A stretch of DNA of 64,000 nucleotides, taken from NCBI GenBank assembly GCA_937976305.1, contig CALJSB010000027.1, positions 29,368-93,367 of the forward strand, given 5' to 3'. The stretch is from an uncultured Acidimicrobiales bacterium (lineage in GTDB: Bacteria > Actinomycetota > Acidimicrobiia > Acidimicrobiales > SZUA-35). The notes beneath the pieces were generated by a model, which saw only the letters and a list, made by a program, of their open reading frames with translations, searched no databases and was not told where the DNA came from. A program made the translations under genes and the position numbers. This document shows positions 19,571-27,612 of this stretch, piece after piece (the stretch's first letter is position 1; the number at the start of each line of letters is the position of its first letter).

Positions 19571-20107
19571 ATGACCGCAGCCGCCACCATCGCTTCAACC
19601 CCAACGACTACCCGCCGAGCCACCTGCGTCAAGACCATCGTCTTCACCGACATCGAGTCATCGACTGAGTTGTCAGCGGCGCTCGGTGATGATGCGTGGC
19701 TCGATCTGCTCTTCGGCCACGAGGATGTCGTCGAGGTCTGCGCCGCTGAGTTCAACGGAACCGTCGTGAAGTCGCTCGGTGATGGGTTCATGCTGGCGTT
19801 CGACACGCCCTCCGACGCCGCTGCATTCTGCGTCACCCTCCGTCGCCGACTCGACGACCACCCGCAGCTCGGCGAGCTCCTCATTCGGGCTGGCATCCAC
19901 TGCGGCTCAGTCGTTCCCCGAGGCAGTGACTTCTTCGGCACCACGGTCAACACGGCGGCCCGAGTCGCTGGCCAGGCAATCGGCGGCCAGACCTTGGTGT
20001 CGGCAGACGTCGCTGCAGCCCTCGACATAACGGCGACCGTTCCGTTCGCACAGACAGAGCTGAAGGGCCTGCCCGGCACCTACCAACTCTCATCGCTGGT
20101 GGACTGA
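19571..20107 (+). CDS. Stand-alone class III adenylate/guanylate cyclase catalytic domain
   Basis: FTDIESST, VVKSLGDGFM, RAGIHCG, DFFGTTVNTAARV and LKGL. Confidence 0.92.
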   Translation: MTAAATIASTPTTTRRATCVKTIVFTDIESSTELSAALGDDAWLDLLFGHEDVVEVCAAEFNGTVVKSLGDGFMLAFDTPSDAAAFCVTLRRRLDDHPQLGELLIRAGIHCGSVVPRGSDFFGTTVNTAARVAGQAIGGQTLVSADVAAALDITATVPFAQTELKGLPGTYQLSSLVD

Positions 20108-20158
20108 AAACCCCGATCGACTGGATCCATCCATCCAAATCTGACACGCTCCGCCTTC

Positions 20159-22300
20159 ATGAACGGAGGGACCCAGGGCGACGTTCGCGAGGTGGTGCGC
20201 CGAAACGGATCGGAGCTCAGACTCGCTGCAGGTGACACCATCTGTTCAATCGGCGAAAGAAGCGACCGCGCCTTCCTCGTCGTCAACGGTGAAATCGAGG
20301 CCAGTTTGCGCGACGGTCTGATTGTCGCCACGCACGGGCCTGGTGCGCTGGTTGGGGAGATCACCGCCCTCGTCGGTGGCCGACGCACCGCAACGCTCAG
20401 AGCAGCTCAACCGGCGACGGTGATCGAAATCGACCGTGCCGGACTGCGGGCGGCGATCAGCGAAGCCGGACCAACGGCTGAAGCTGAGCTGGTAGCGGCC
20501 GCACGTGATCGCACCGACCGCAGTCGCGTCGCTTCACTCTTGGCCGACCAGCTCGGACCTGACCACTACGACGCCGCCACCGCCATCGCCGGGACCGTGT
20601 CGTGGATCTCACTGAGCCCGAGCGAACGACTCTTCTCTCAGGGTGACGACGCGGGCAGCGCATACCTCGTGGTGAGCGGCAGGCTCGAAGTGCTCGATCC
20701 GGCAGGCCCCGGTGCAGCCCCGTTGGCCACGATCGGTCGGGGCGAAATCGTCGGAGAACTCGGGTTGCTCGACGGCGCCCCGCGCTCAGCAACCGTACGC
20801 GCCGTCCGACGATCGCTCGTTGCTCAGCTCGGCCGGGAAGACTTCATTCGTCTCCTTGCGTCGCATCCCGAACTACCAGCGTTGCTTGTTCGACGATCCG
20901 CCGCCCGCATGACATCGAACGTCGAACGGTCAGCTGGGGCCCGCTCGATCGCTATCGCCGACTTCGTCGCCGAGGGCCACATGCTGCCAAACATCTCTGA
21001 CCAACTGGAGGCCATCGCGAACACGATGATGCTCACGCCGGGCGAGATCGATGCCGTGCTCGGTCATCCCAGCATCTCGGAGTGCCGGACCGGAGACCTT
21101 GGCGAGGCCCACCTCATTGAGCTGCTCCACGAAGCCGAGCAATCCAACGATCACCTGCTGTTCGATGTCAGCGACACCTCCGCTCCGATCTGGGCTCGCC
21201 GAGCCGTTGAGCGCGCCGATCTGCTGGTTGCGCTCGTTGACGCCAACCCAACGTCCACCCAGGTGGCCGACGTGGCAAACCTTCGTGCAGAGTCCTCGCG
21301 AACGGTTCCGCTTTGGCTCGGCGTCGTACATCCTGAACACGTCACGAAACCAACCGGCAGCGAGGCACTCCGTAAGCGCCTCGATGCTGATCGGCTCATT
21401 CACCTCAAGGGAACAAGCGACGCCGAGGTAGGTCGCCTCGCGCGGCTTGCTGCTGGGCGAGGCGTTGGCGTCGCACTCAGCGGCGGAGGCGGACGAGGCC
21501 TGGGCCATCTCGGCGTGTTGGAGGCCCTGGAAGAGCTGGGTGTGCCGATCGATGCCGTTGTTGGCACATCGATGGGCTCGGTCATCGCCGGCGTGCACGC
21601 CCAAGGTCTCGTCGGGCGAGAGCGCCGCGACGCCGTCGCAGAGCAGGTGAAGAAGCTGCTCGACTACACGCTCCCGATCGTGTCCATGATCTCCGGTCGT
21701 CGGATCAGCGACTCGATCGACAACCAGTTCGGCGACTGGGCGATCAGCGACACGTGGATTCCGTACGCCTGCGTAAGCACCAGCCTCACGCACTCGGAGC
21801 GGCGCACTCATCGCCGCGGCCCGCTCGGATCGGCCATCCGGGCATCCGTTGCCATTCCCGGCGTTCTTCCTCCGGTTCCAGCCGACGGTGAGCTGCTGGT
21901 CGACGGAGGCGTTCTCGACAATCTGCCGATCGGACTCCTCACCGAAGACGAAGGGATTGGCACGATCATCGCCTCTGACGTCGCCCCCACGCGCGGCCCG
22001 ATCGCCCGCGACGACTACGGCACGTCCGTTTCGGGGTGGCAGGCGTTGCGGCGTCAGGTTTCCAAAGGGCGGAGTCCCTACCCGGGCATCGTTGGGACAC
22101 TGCTGCGGTCGACGCTGGTGAGTTCGACGAGAGATCGTGATCGTCAGGTCGAGTCGGGCGTCATCGACTGCTATCTCCAACTCGACCTACGCGGCGTCGG
22201 CCTCCTCGAGTTCGAGGTGGTCGACGAAGTCGCCGATCGGGCCCGCGAGTTAGCCCACCCGGAACTTGCAACCTGGTGCGCCCAGCGAACCAAGGGCTGA
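20159..22300 (+). CDS. Patatin-like phospholipase with two cNMP-binding domains (NTE-like)
   Basis: GEITALVGGRRTATL and GELGLLDGAPRSATV phosphate-binding cassettes; GGGGRG, GTSMG and DGG patatin motifs. Confidence 0.92.
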   Translation: MNGGTQGDVREVVRRNGSELRLAAGDTICSIGERSDRAFLVVNGEIEASLRDGLIVATHGPGALVGEITALVGGRRTATLRAAQPATVIEIDRAGLRAAISEAGPTAEAELVAAARDRTDRSRVASLLADQLGPDHYDAATAIAGTVSWISLSPSERLFSQGDDAGSAYLVVSGRLEVLDPAGPGAAPLATIGRGEIVGELGLLDGAPRSATVRAVRRSLVAQLGREDFIRLLASHPELPALLVRRSAARMTSNVERSAGARSIAIADFVAEGHMLPNISDQLEAIANTMMLTPGEIDAVLGHPSISECRTGDLGEAHLIELLHEAEQSNDHLLFDVSDTSAPIWARRAVERADLLVALVDANPTSTQVADVANLRAESSRTVPLWLGVVHPEHVTKPTGSEALRKRLDADRLIHLKGTSDAEVGRLARLAAGRGVGVALSGGGGRGLGHLGVLEALEELGVPIDAVVGTSMGSVIAGVHAQGLVGRERRDAVAEQVKKLLDYTLPIVSMISGRRISDSIDNQFGDWAISDTWIPYACVSTSLTHSERRTHRRGPLGSAIRASVAIPGVLPPVPADGELLVDGGVLDNLPIGLLTEDEGIGTIIASDVAPTRGPIARDDYGTSVSGWQALRRQVSKGRSPYPGIVGTLLRSTLVSSTRDRDRQVESGVIDCYLQLDLRGVGLLEFEVVDEVADRARELAHPELATWCAQRTKG

Positions 22301-22362
22301 ACGTCGGGTGAGCCTGCCCCCGCTGGAGTTTGCCCTTCTGGAAGAATTGACTCATCGAACAC

Positions 22363-23757
22363 ATGCCCCCGCAACCGATGAGAACCGAAAACCCGCCGCT
22401 GGCGCAGGCTTGCTTGACGACGGCTGATCAGACGCCAACGAGCACGACGCCAACAGCACCGACCAGACGTCGCTCGACGTCGCTCATGGTTTTGGCCGGC
22501 GTGCTCGCTTTGCTTGGTGCCGCGTGCTCCGGCTCGACCGACGCCGCACCAACGGCCAACTCGATCTCCGAAGTCACCATCATCGAGGAAGACAGCGGCA
22601 CGTCGTCCGCCGACAACGACGGTGTCGAGGACGCCGGCGCCGATGCGGATGCCGATGAGGCAGCCGCCGACAGCTCTGTGACCGAAGACGAAGCAGATAA
22701 AGCCGTCGAACTTCTCGCCCGACCCATGCCGCTCGACGGCAATCGGATCTATGAAGGCGTTGCCGACTTCTCTTCCGAGCCGAAGATCTTTGACGGCTTC
22801 GATGCTGACGGAGTTTTGGCGTGGGAAGGACCGGACGGCATTGAGTGGGCGCCGTACGACCAGTCGATGCCCGTCGAAGTGGTGGCCGACCCCGACGGAA
22901 ACGTCAGCACCAGACCCCTGATGCTGGACTCGCAGCTTCCGGCGGCGTCGGGCGAGGTGCCCGATGCCATCGCAGTGATCGGCGACGAGGTTGTTGCTGC
23001 CCTCGCAGGACCAACCGAGCGATATCCGCACGGCGCGCTCGGCGACAACATCGAGGCATCAGCGGTGCTCGTCGGGGTCACCGCTCAAAACGATGCGGCT
23101 GTCACCGGGATCGAGATTCCGCTCGAAGAAGCTGACGTCGTCGAGGGCATCTCACCAATGCTCGCCGACCTTGATGGTGATGGTTCCGACGAGGTGATCG
23201 TCACGGTGAGCAACGCGTCTGGCGGCGCTCGTTTGGTGGCCTACGACACCACCGACCTCCTCGATGCTGCGAGCCCCGAAGAGCTTGTCGTCGCCGAGAG
23301 CGATCCCATTGGACTTGGCAATCGGTGGCGCCACCAGATTGGTGTTGGCGCAACGGGTCCGAACGGTGAGACCGAGCTCGTCGTGGTGCGCACACCACAC
23401 ATCGGCGGCAACATCGAGTGGTTCCGCCTCGACGGCCAGCGGCTCGAACTTGCCGGCACCTTCGGGCCGAGCACTGGTGGCATCCGCACGACGTCTCATG
23501 TGTTGCGGACCACGAATCTCGATCTGGCGGCGCTCTTTGATGCGGACGGTGACGGTGAGCTCGAGGTCGTCATCCCGATCCAAGAGCGGACAGCGCTGGC
23601 GATCGTCGGGCGAACAGCCGAGGGCGGCGAACTCGAGCAGGTGGTGGAGTTTCCAGGCGAGATCACGACGAACCTCGCCGTGGTCGAGCGAGACGACGGC
23701 ACCATCGCTGTTGCCATCGGTACCAGCGAGGGCCAAGTCGTCATCTGGGGCGGCTAA
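22363..23757 (+). CDS. Lipoprotein with FG-GAP/VCBS-like repeats (start may be downstream)
   Basis: Lipobox LLGAAC, acidic linker, PTERYPHGALGD, ADLDGDGSDEVIV and FDADGDGELEVV. Confidence 0.8.
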   Translation: MPPQPMRTENPPLAQACLTTADQTPTSTTPTAPTRRRSTSLMVLAGVLALLGAACSGSTDAAPTANSISEVTIIEEDSGTSSADNDGVEDAGADADADEAAADSSVTEDEADKAVELLARPMPLDGNRIYEGVADFSSEPKIFDGFDADGVLAWEGPDGIEWAPYDQSMPVEVVADPDGNVSTRPLMLDSQLPAASGEVPDAIAVIGDEVVAALAGPTERYPHGALGDNIEASAVLVGVTAQNDAAVTGIEIPLEEADVVEGISPMLADLDGDGSDEVIVTVSNASGGARLVAYDTTDLLDAASPEELVVAESDPIGLGNRWRHQIGVGATGPNGETELVVVRTPHIGGNIEWFRLDGQRLELAGTFGPSTGGIRTTSHVLRTTNLDLAALFDADGDGELEVVIPIQERTALAIVGRTAEGGELEQVVEFPGEITTNLAVVERDDGTIAVAIGTSEGQVVIWGG

Positions 23758-23786
23758 CGCTGCTCCGCATCCGGCCGCGACCCCAG

Positions 23787-23906
23787 GAATTGGCACCGTT
23801 TTGCACGAACGCTGTGCAGAAATCGTGCCAGTTCGACGAAACCCTGCCGTGGCCCCAGGAACTGGCACCAAATTGCACGGACGCCGTGCAGAGATCGTGC
23901 CAGCTC
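23787..23906. repeat. Two 48-bp imperfect palindromes (REP-like), period 72 bp
   Basis: GAATTGGCAC..TGCAC..GTGCA..GTGCCAGTTC at 23787-23834 and GAACTGGCAC..TGCAC..GTGCA..GTGCCAGCTC at 23859-23906. Confidence 0.85.
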
Positions 23907-23912
23907 GGCGCA

Positions 23913-24797
23913 CTACGAGGTGATGACGCCTCGGACCTCGGTCACCCGTACCTCCTGGCTGCCGGTAACGGCGAGCCCGGGCAAAGCGGGAACGTTGGCG
24001 CAGATACTTGCCGGGCTGCAGGCAACGCCGAGGTCGTACGACACCTGATTCGTGACGGTGAGCGGCCCTTCGTCAGCCGACAGCGCATCGACGTACACAT
24101 GCTGACAATCCGACACGGCGTCGACAGGCAGCGAAGCTGACCAGGGCGAGCCCTGTCCACACGAGATCGACGCTGACCCATCCCCCGGATTCCACACCGC
24201 CGAAGTCGGCGTCGCGGTCACCGTGACGACCAAGCCGAGCTCGGCGATCGCCGCAGACGCTTGGGCCTGGGTCCACGCCGCATCGTCGATCCAAAGCCAG
24301 ACCGGGAGCTGTGTGATGAACGGGAAGGCCACACCGTCGGGGCTCATGTTCGGTTCGGGCGGCACGATCGGCACTCGTGATCGGGCCGAACGAACAAGCA
24401 GGTCAATCACGTCAGATGGAACGGGATCACCCTGCTCCCACCAGCGAATGAAGCCGGCGTTGCAGCGAATGAGGACATAGACCGTTGGGTCTGGCACCGC
24501 CTCTTCACCGTCTGGCACCGCAGGCGGCGCACCAACGTTGGACGACAGCACTGACAGATCAAGCAGGCTCAGCCCACTGAAGACATCACACCCCGCATAG
24601 GGGTCAGGTCCGAGGTTGACCGCCCCGCCACCGCCATCGATACGCACATCGATGGACGCCCCAATCGACGGCGACGAACCGGACTCCGACGAAGTGGTGG
24701 TATCGACCTCTTCGTCCTTCACGCCTGCCTCGACAGGGGACGTAAACACCACCACCAACAAGATGCTGACCAAGGCAAATAGCTGCGCTATTCGCAT
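23913..24797 (-). CDS. Secreted actinobacterial protein with a PKD-like C-terminus (family often labelled 'ATP/GTP-binding protein')
   Basis: Signal peptide from ATG 24797; LPVWLWI, VTATPTSAVWNPGDG...C...DCQHVY and VRVTEVRGV; no Walker A motif. Confidence 0.75.
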   Translation of the reverse strand: MRIAQLFALVSILLVVVFTSPVEAGVKDEEVDTTTSSESGSSPSIGASIDVRIDGGGGAVNLGPDPYAGCDVFSGLSLLDLSVLSSNVGAPPAVPDGEEAVPDPTVYVLIRCNAGFIRWWEQGDPVPSDVIDLLVRSARSRVPIVPPEPNMSPDGVAFPFITQLPVWLWIDDAAWTQAQASAAIAELGLVVTVTATPTSAVWNPGDGSASISCGQGSPWSASLPVDAVSDCQHVYVDALSADEGPLTVTNQVSYDLGVACSPASICANVPALPGLAVTGSQEVRVTEVRGVITS

Positions 24798-25378
24798 TGC
24801 TGCTTCTCTGAGCCAAATGAGATGTCGCCTACTCGCCAAAGACCGTCATCGCCCAATACCAGCTCATAGGCCCTGATGTACGGGACCTCATCCGACTCAA
24901 CGACGACCGTGCCATCAGCTCCGATTGCGGCAATTGCGTCGAGACCGCACTCCACCACAGTGGCTGACCGGCCCTCGATCACGATGTCGATGATGTTCCG
25001 CCGCTCAAAGACACCTTCGTACCTGTGGCCAGCTTCCAGACGGGCTGACAGCGCCAACCGCAGGTCTGCTGCCATCTGCGGCACGTAGTAACGATCGAGA
25101 ATTGGCGAATCCGGATCAATCGGGTCGAGGTAGAAGATCGAATCCGCTCCGTCCAACGTCGCAATCAGCTCCGCCTCGATTTCTTCTTGACTGGAGGTCG
25201 GGGGTGCGGTCGGCTCGGGTGCCGTGGTCGTTGTTGAGGCCTCGGTGGTGGTCGACTCTTGCACCACGATGGTGGTGGTGAGCTCGGCGGTGCTCACCGG
25301 CGGGCTGGCTTCGTCCGTACAGGCGGTTGCGCTCACCAGCGCGGCCAGCGCAACGGCCATCCAAAGTCTGATTCTCAC
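24788..25378 (-). CDS. Lipoprotein with a Thr/Pro-rich linker and an NTF2-like C-terminus
   Basis: GTG 25378 after AGGGAAG; lipobox SATAC; ATVVEC...D and GLWRV pattern; overlaps the downstream gene by 10 nt. Confidence 0.75.
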   Translation of the reverse strand: MRIRLWMAVALAALVSATACTDEASPPVSTAELTTTIVVQESTTTEASTTTTAPEPTAPPTSSQEEIEAELIATLDGADSIFYLDPIDPDSPILDRYYVPQMAADLRLALSARLEAGHRYEGVFERRNIIDIVIEGRSATVVECGLDAIAAIGADGTVVVESDEVPYIRAYELVLGDDGLWRVGDISFGSEKQQCE

Positions 25379-25453
25379 AGCTTCCCTACGTTCACGATTC
25401 GACTGTGGCACGACGTGTGCGATTGAACCATGGGGCCCGCTCCCCATCCTCCG

Positions 25454-25573
25454 GAACTGACACGAAATTGCACGGACGCCGTGCAGAAACCCTGCCAATT
25501 GGCAGGGACTGGGCGGCAATCCGAAGAACTGGCACGAAAATGCACGGATGCCGTGCAGAAACCGTGCCAATTC
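25454..25573. repeat. Two more 48-bp palindromes of the same family, period 72 bp
   Basis: 25454-25501 GAACTGACAC..TGCACGGACGCCGTGCA..CTGCCAATT and 25526-25573 GAACTGGCAC..TGCACGGATGCCGTGCA..GTGCCAATTC. Confidence 0.85.
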
Positions 25574-25635
25574 GGGAGAACCGGGCGGTGGTTCGGGGGA
25601 AGAGGGTGAGCCGGGGGAAGGCAGTGAGCTGAGGC

Positions 25636-26262
25636 TCAGGTGTAGAAGGGGTTTTCGCCTGCTGAGTGATCGGTGGCGTCAACCACCTCGGTGATCTCGG
25701 GCAGGGCCTCAATCAGCATCTTCGAGATGCCGTCGCGCAGGGTCATGGCGCTGGCGGCACAACCTTGGCAGCCGCCGCCCATCGTCACGATCGCCTTCGA
25801 TCCGTCGACGCCAACCAGAGCAGCGAAGCCGCCGTGAGAGGCGAGCGCCGGATTGATGGCTCCGTCGAGCACAGCTTGGATCTTCTCGGGTAGTTCGCCG
25901 GTGAGGTCGAGATCGAGCCCATCGAGCGGGTTCGGCGTGTTGGGATTCCGAATGACCAGACCGCCGTTGTCGACGTTGGCCGGCACATCGAGGGTGGCGC
26001 CGGTCATCTTCTCGATCGAGTCTTTCGGGATGATCACGGTGAGTTCGTCGTGGTCGCCCTGGGTGTAGACGGCGTCGCCCTCTTCAGCCTCGGAGATGAG
26101 GCAAAGGTCGAGGGCGTACGTGAAGTCGGTCATGTTCGAGCCGGTGATGGCCACTCGCAGAGCGGACGCACCGGGGTCGTCTTCGGCCGCACGCACATCA
26201 AGCACGGTGGCCAGCGCTACTTCGGATACGGCCATCACTGTGTCTACATCAGTCGTCACCAT
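25636..26262 (-). CDS. nfuA: Fe-S biogenesis protein NfuA (degenerate A-type domain plus NifU C-terminal domain)
   Basis: ALRVAITG, GATLD...GGLVIRNPN, INPALASHGG, MGGGCQGC and VDATDHSAGENPFY. Confidence 0.88.
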   Translation of the reverse strand: MVTTDVDTVMAVSEVALATVLDVRAAEDDPGASALRVAITGSNMTDFTYALDLCLISEAEEGDAVYTQGDHDELTVIIPKDSIEKMTGATLDVPANVDNGGLVIRNPNTPNPLDGLDLDLTGELPEKIQAVLDGAINPALASHGGFAALVGVDGSKAIVTMGGGCQGCAASAMTLRDGISKMLIEALPEITEVVDATDHSAGENPFYT

Positions 26263-26307
26263 GTCAAGGATACCGACCCCGACCGCAGCGGCCATATCGT
26301 GCCCGTT

Positions 26308-27516
26308 GTGCCACGATCGACGAGCCCGGGAGCCGCAACGGCTGACGATGCGGTCTCTCAGCCGGTGTCGTGGCTCGCTGCGGTGTCTATTGCGCTGCGA
26401 ATTGCAGCTGCCGGGGCCCTGATCTTCGGTCCGTGGACCAACGAGGCAGTCGAACTGGCTGGTTGGGACATCGAACGGTTTTGGGAAATCGCCGGCATCA
26501 GTGGACGGCACTGGATCGACGAACCCGTCGAGTATCCGCCTGGCTCGGTTGTGCTGATCGAGGCATTGGTTGGTTCGTCCATCGTTGGCGCTCATCGACT
26601 GTTGGTAGCCATCTCGCTCGTGATCGACCTCAGCCTCGCCGCAGCACTGAACCGCTGGGTCGACCGCAACGCCGCGGCTGCCTATCTCATCCTTGGCCTG
26701 CCCCTCGTGCCAGGCGGCTTGCTCCGGTTCGACCTCTGGGTTGCCTTGCTCGCACTCGCAGCGTTGCTCGTTTTGCCTCGCCGCAAACCCCTGGCCTTCG
26801 GAGCGCTTGTCGCGACCGGAGCCGCCATCAAGATCATGCCGGTCGTGCTCATTCCTCTCGCCTTGGCGACGAGACAGTTCCGGTCTGCGATTGCCGCGTC
26901 GGCACTCGGCGTTGTTGCCATGGCTGGTTGGCTCGCGTACGGGTCAAGCGACGCCATTGGCCAGGTGTTGTCGCTGCGAGACGCGACGGGCTGGCACGTC
27001 GAGTCACTTCCCGGGGCGGCCATCGCTCTGTTTGGGGCAGAGACATCGCGGCTCGAGGCCGACGCCTTTCGCATCGGGACGATGTCGACAACGCTGGCCA
27101 ATGTCGGTCGGCTGATCTTCGCTGCTGCCGTCGTCGCCCTCGCCTGGGCTAGGGCAGCACACAAACGAACAGCTGACGACAACGCGAATGCCGTGATGGT
27201 GCTCGGCATGTTGGCAGCACTCGTGGTGACCGCTCCCCTGCTCTCCCCACAGTTTCTGCTCTGGCTCACACCGTTCGCCGCCGTCGCCGCCTCGCACCTC
27301 GGTTGGCGTCACCCGCTCATTGCCACGACCACCGCAACAGTCGTGATCACCGGCGCAACGCTCGCAGCCTTTGGCCCGCCCGACTTGCATGGCACGCCAC
27401 CGGCGGCCCTGCTCACCATTCGCAATCTCATGCTCATCGCCGTTGTCGCCCTGTCATGGCGAGAACTTTCCGTCAGCTGCGAACGTCCGACCAACAAGAA
27501 CGCTCCGAGCTCCTAA
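26308..27516 (+). CDS. GT-C fold membrane glycosyltransferase (GT87/DUF2029-like); start uncertain
   Basis: VEYPPGS, RFDL, GAAIKIMP, GWHVES and LSPQFLLWL; many TM helices. Confidence 0.78.
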   Translation: MPRSTSPGAATADDAVSQPVSWLAAVSIALRIAAAGALIFGPWTNEAVELAGWDIERFWEIAGISGRHWIDEPVEYPPGSVVLIEALVGSSIVGAHRLLVAISLVIDLSLAAALNRWVDRNAAAAYLILGLPLVPGGLLRFDLWVALLALAALLVLPRRKPLAFGALVATGAAIKIMPVVLIPLALATRQFRSAIAASALGVVAMAGWLAYGSSDAIGQVLSLRDATGWHVESLPGAAIALFGAETSRLEADAFRIGTMSTTLANVGRLIFAAAVVALAWARAAHKRTADDNANAVMVLGMLAALVVTAPLLSPQFLLWLTPFAAVAASHLGWRHPLIATTTATVVITGATLAAFGPPDLHGTPPAALLTIRNLMLIAVVALSWRELSVSCERPTNKNAPSS

Positions 27517-27522
27517 CTCGCC

Positions 27523-27570
27523 GAACTGGAGGCCGGTACCGTCCAAAACGTCGCTGGGAGACTCCAGAAC
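27523..27570. repeat. 48-bp palindromic element (GAACTGGAG...CTCCAGAAC)
   Basis: Lies between convergent genes; its reverse complement resembles the copy at 37634-37681. Confidence 0.7.
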
Positions 27571-27612
27571 GGGGTGTTCGTGGTCGGCAGGTGAGCGACG
27601 GGTGCAGTGGGG

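Noticed and set aside
19571-20107. Cyclase as a true Pycsar PycC pyrimidine cyclase
   Set aside because: It keeps the adenine-specifying Lys/Asp pair and has no extra N-terminal domain, so only an architectural analogy is claimed.
23913-25378. Gene pair as part of a conjugative ICE
   Set aside because: No VirB4, coupling protein, relaxase or integrase genes are adjacent.
23787-25573. 72-bp periodic palindromic repeats as a CRISPR array
   Set aside because: Only two units per site, the repeats are degenerate, the spacers are short, and no cas genes are present.
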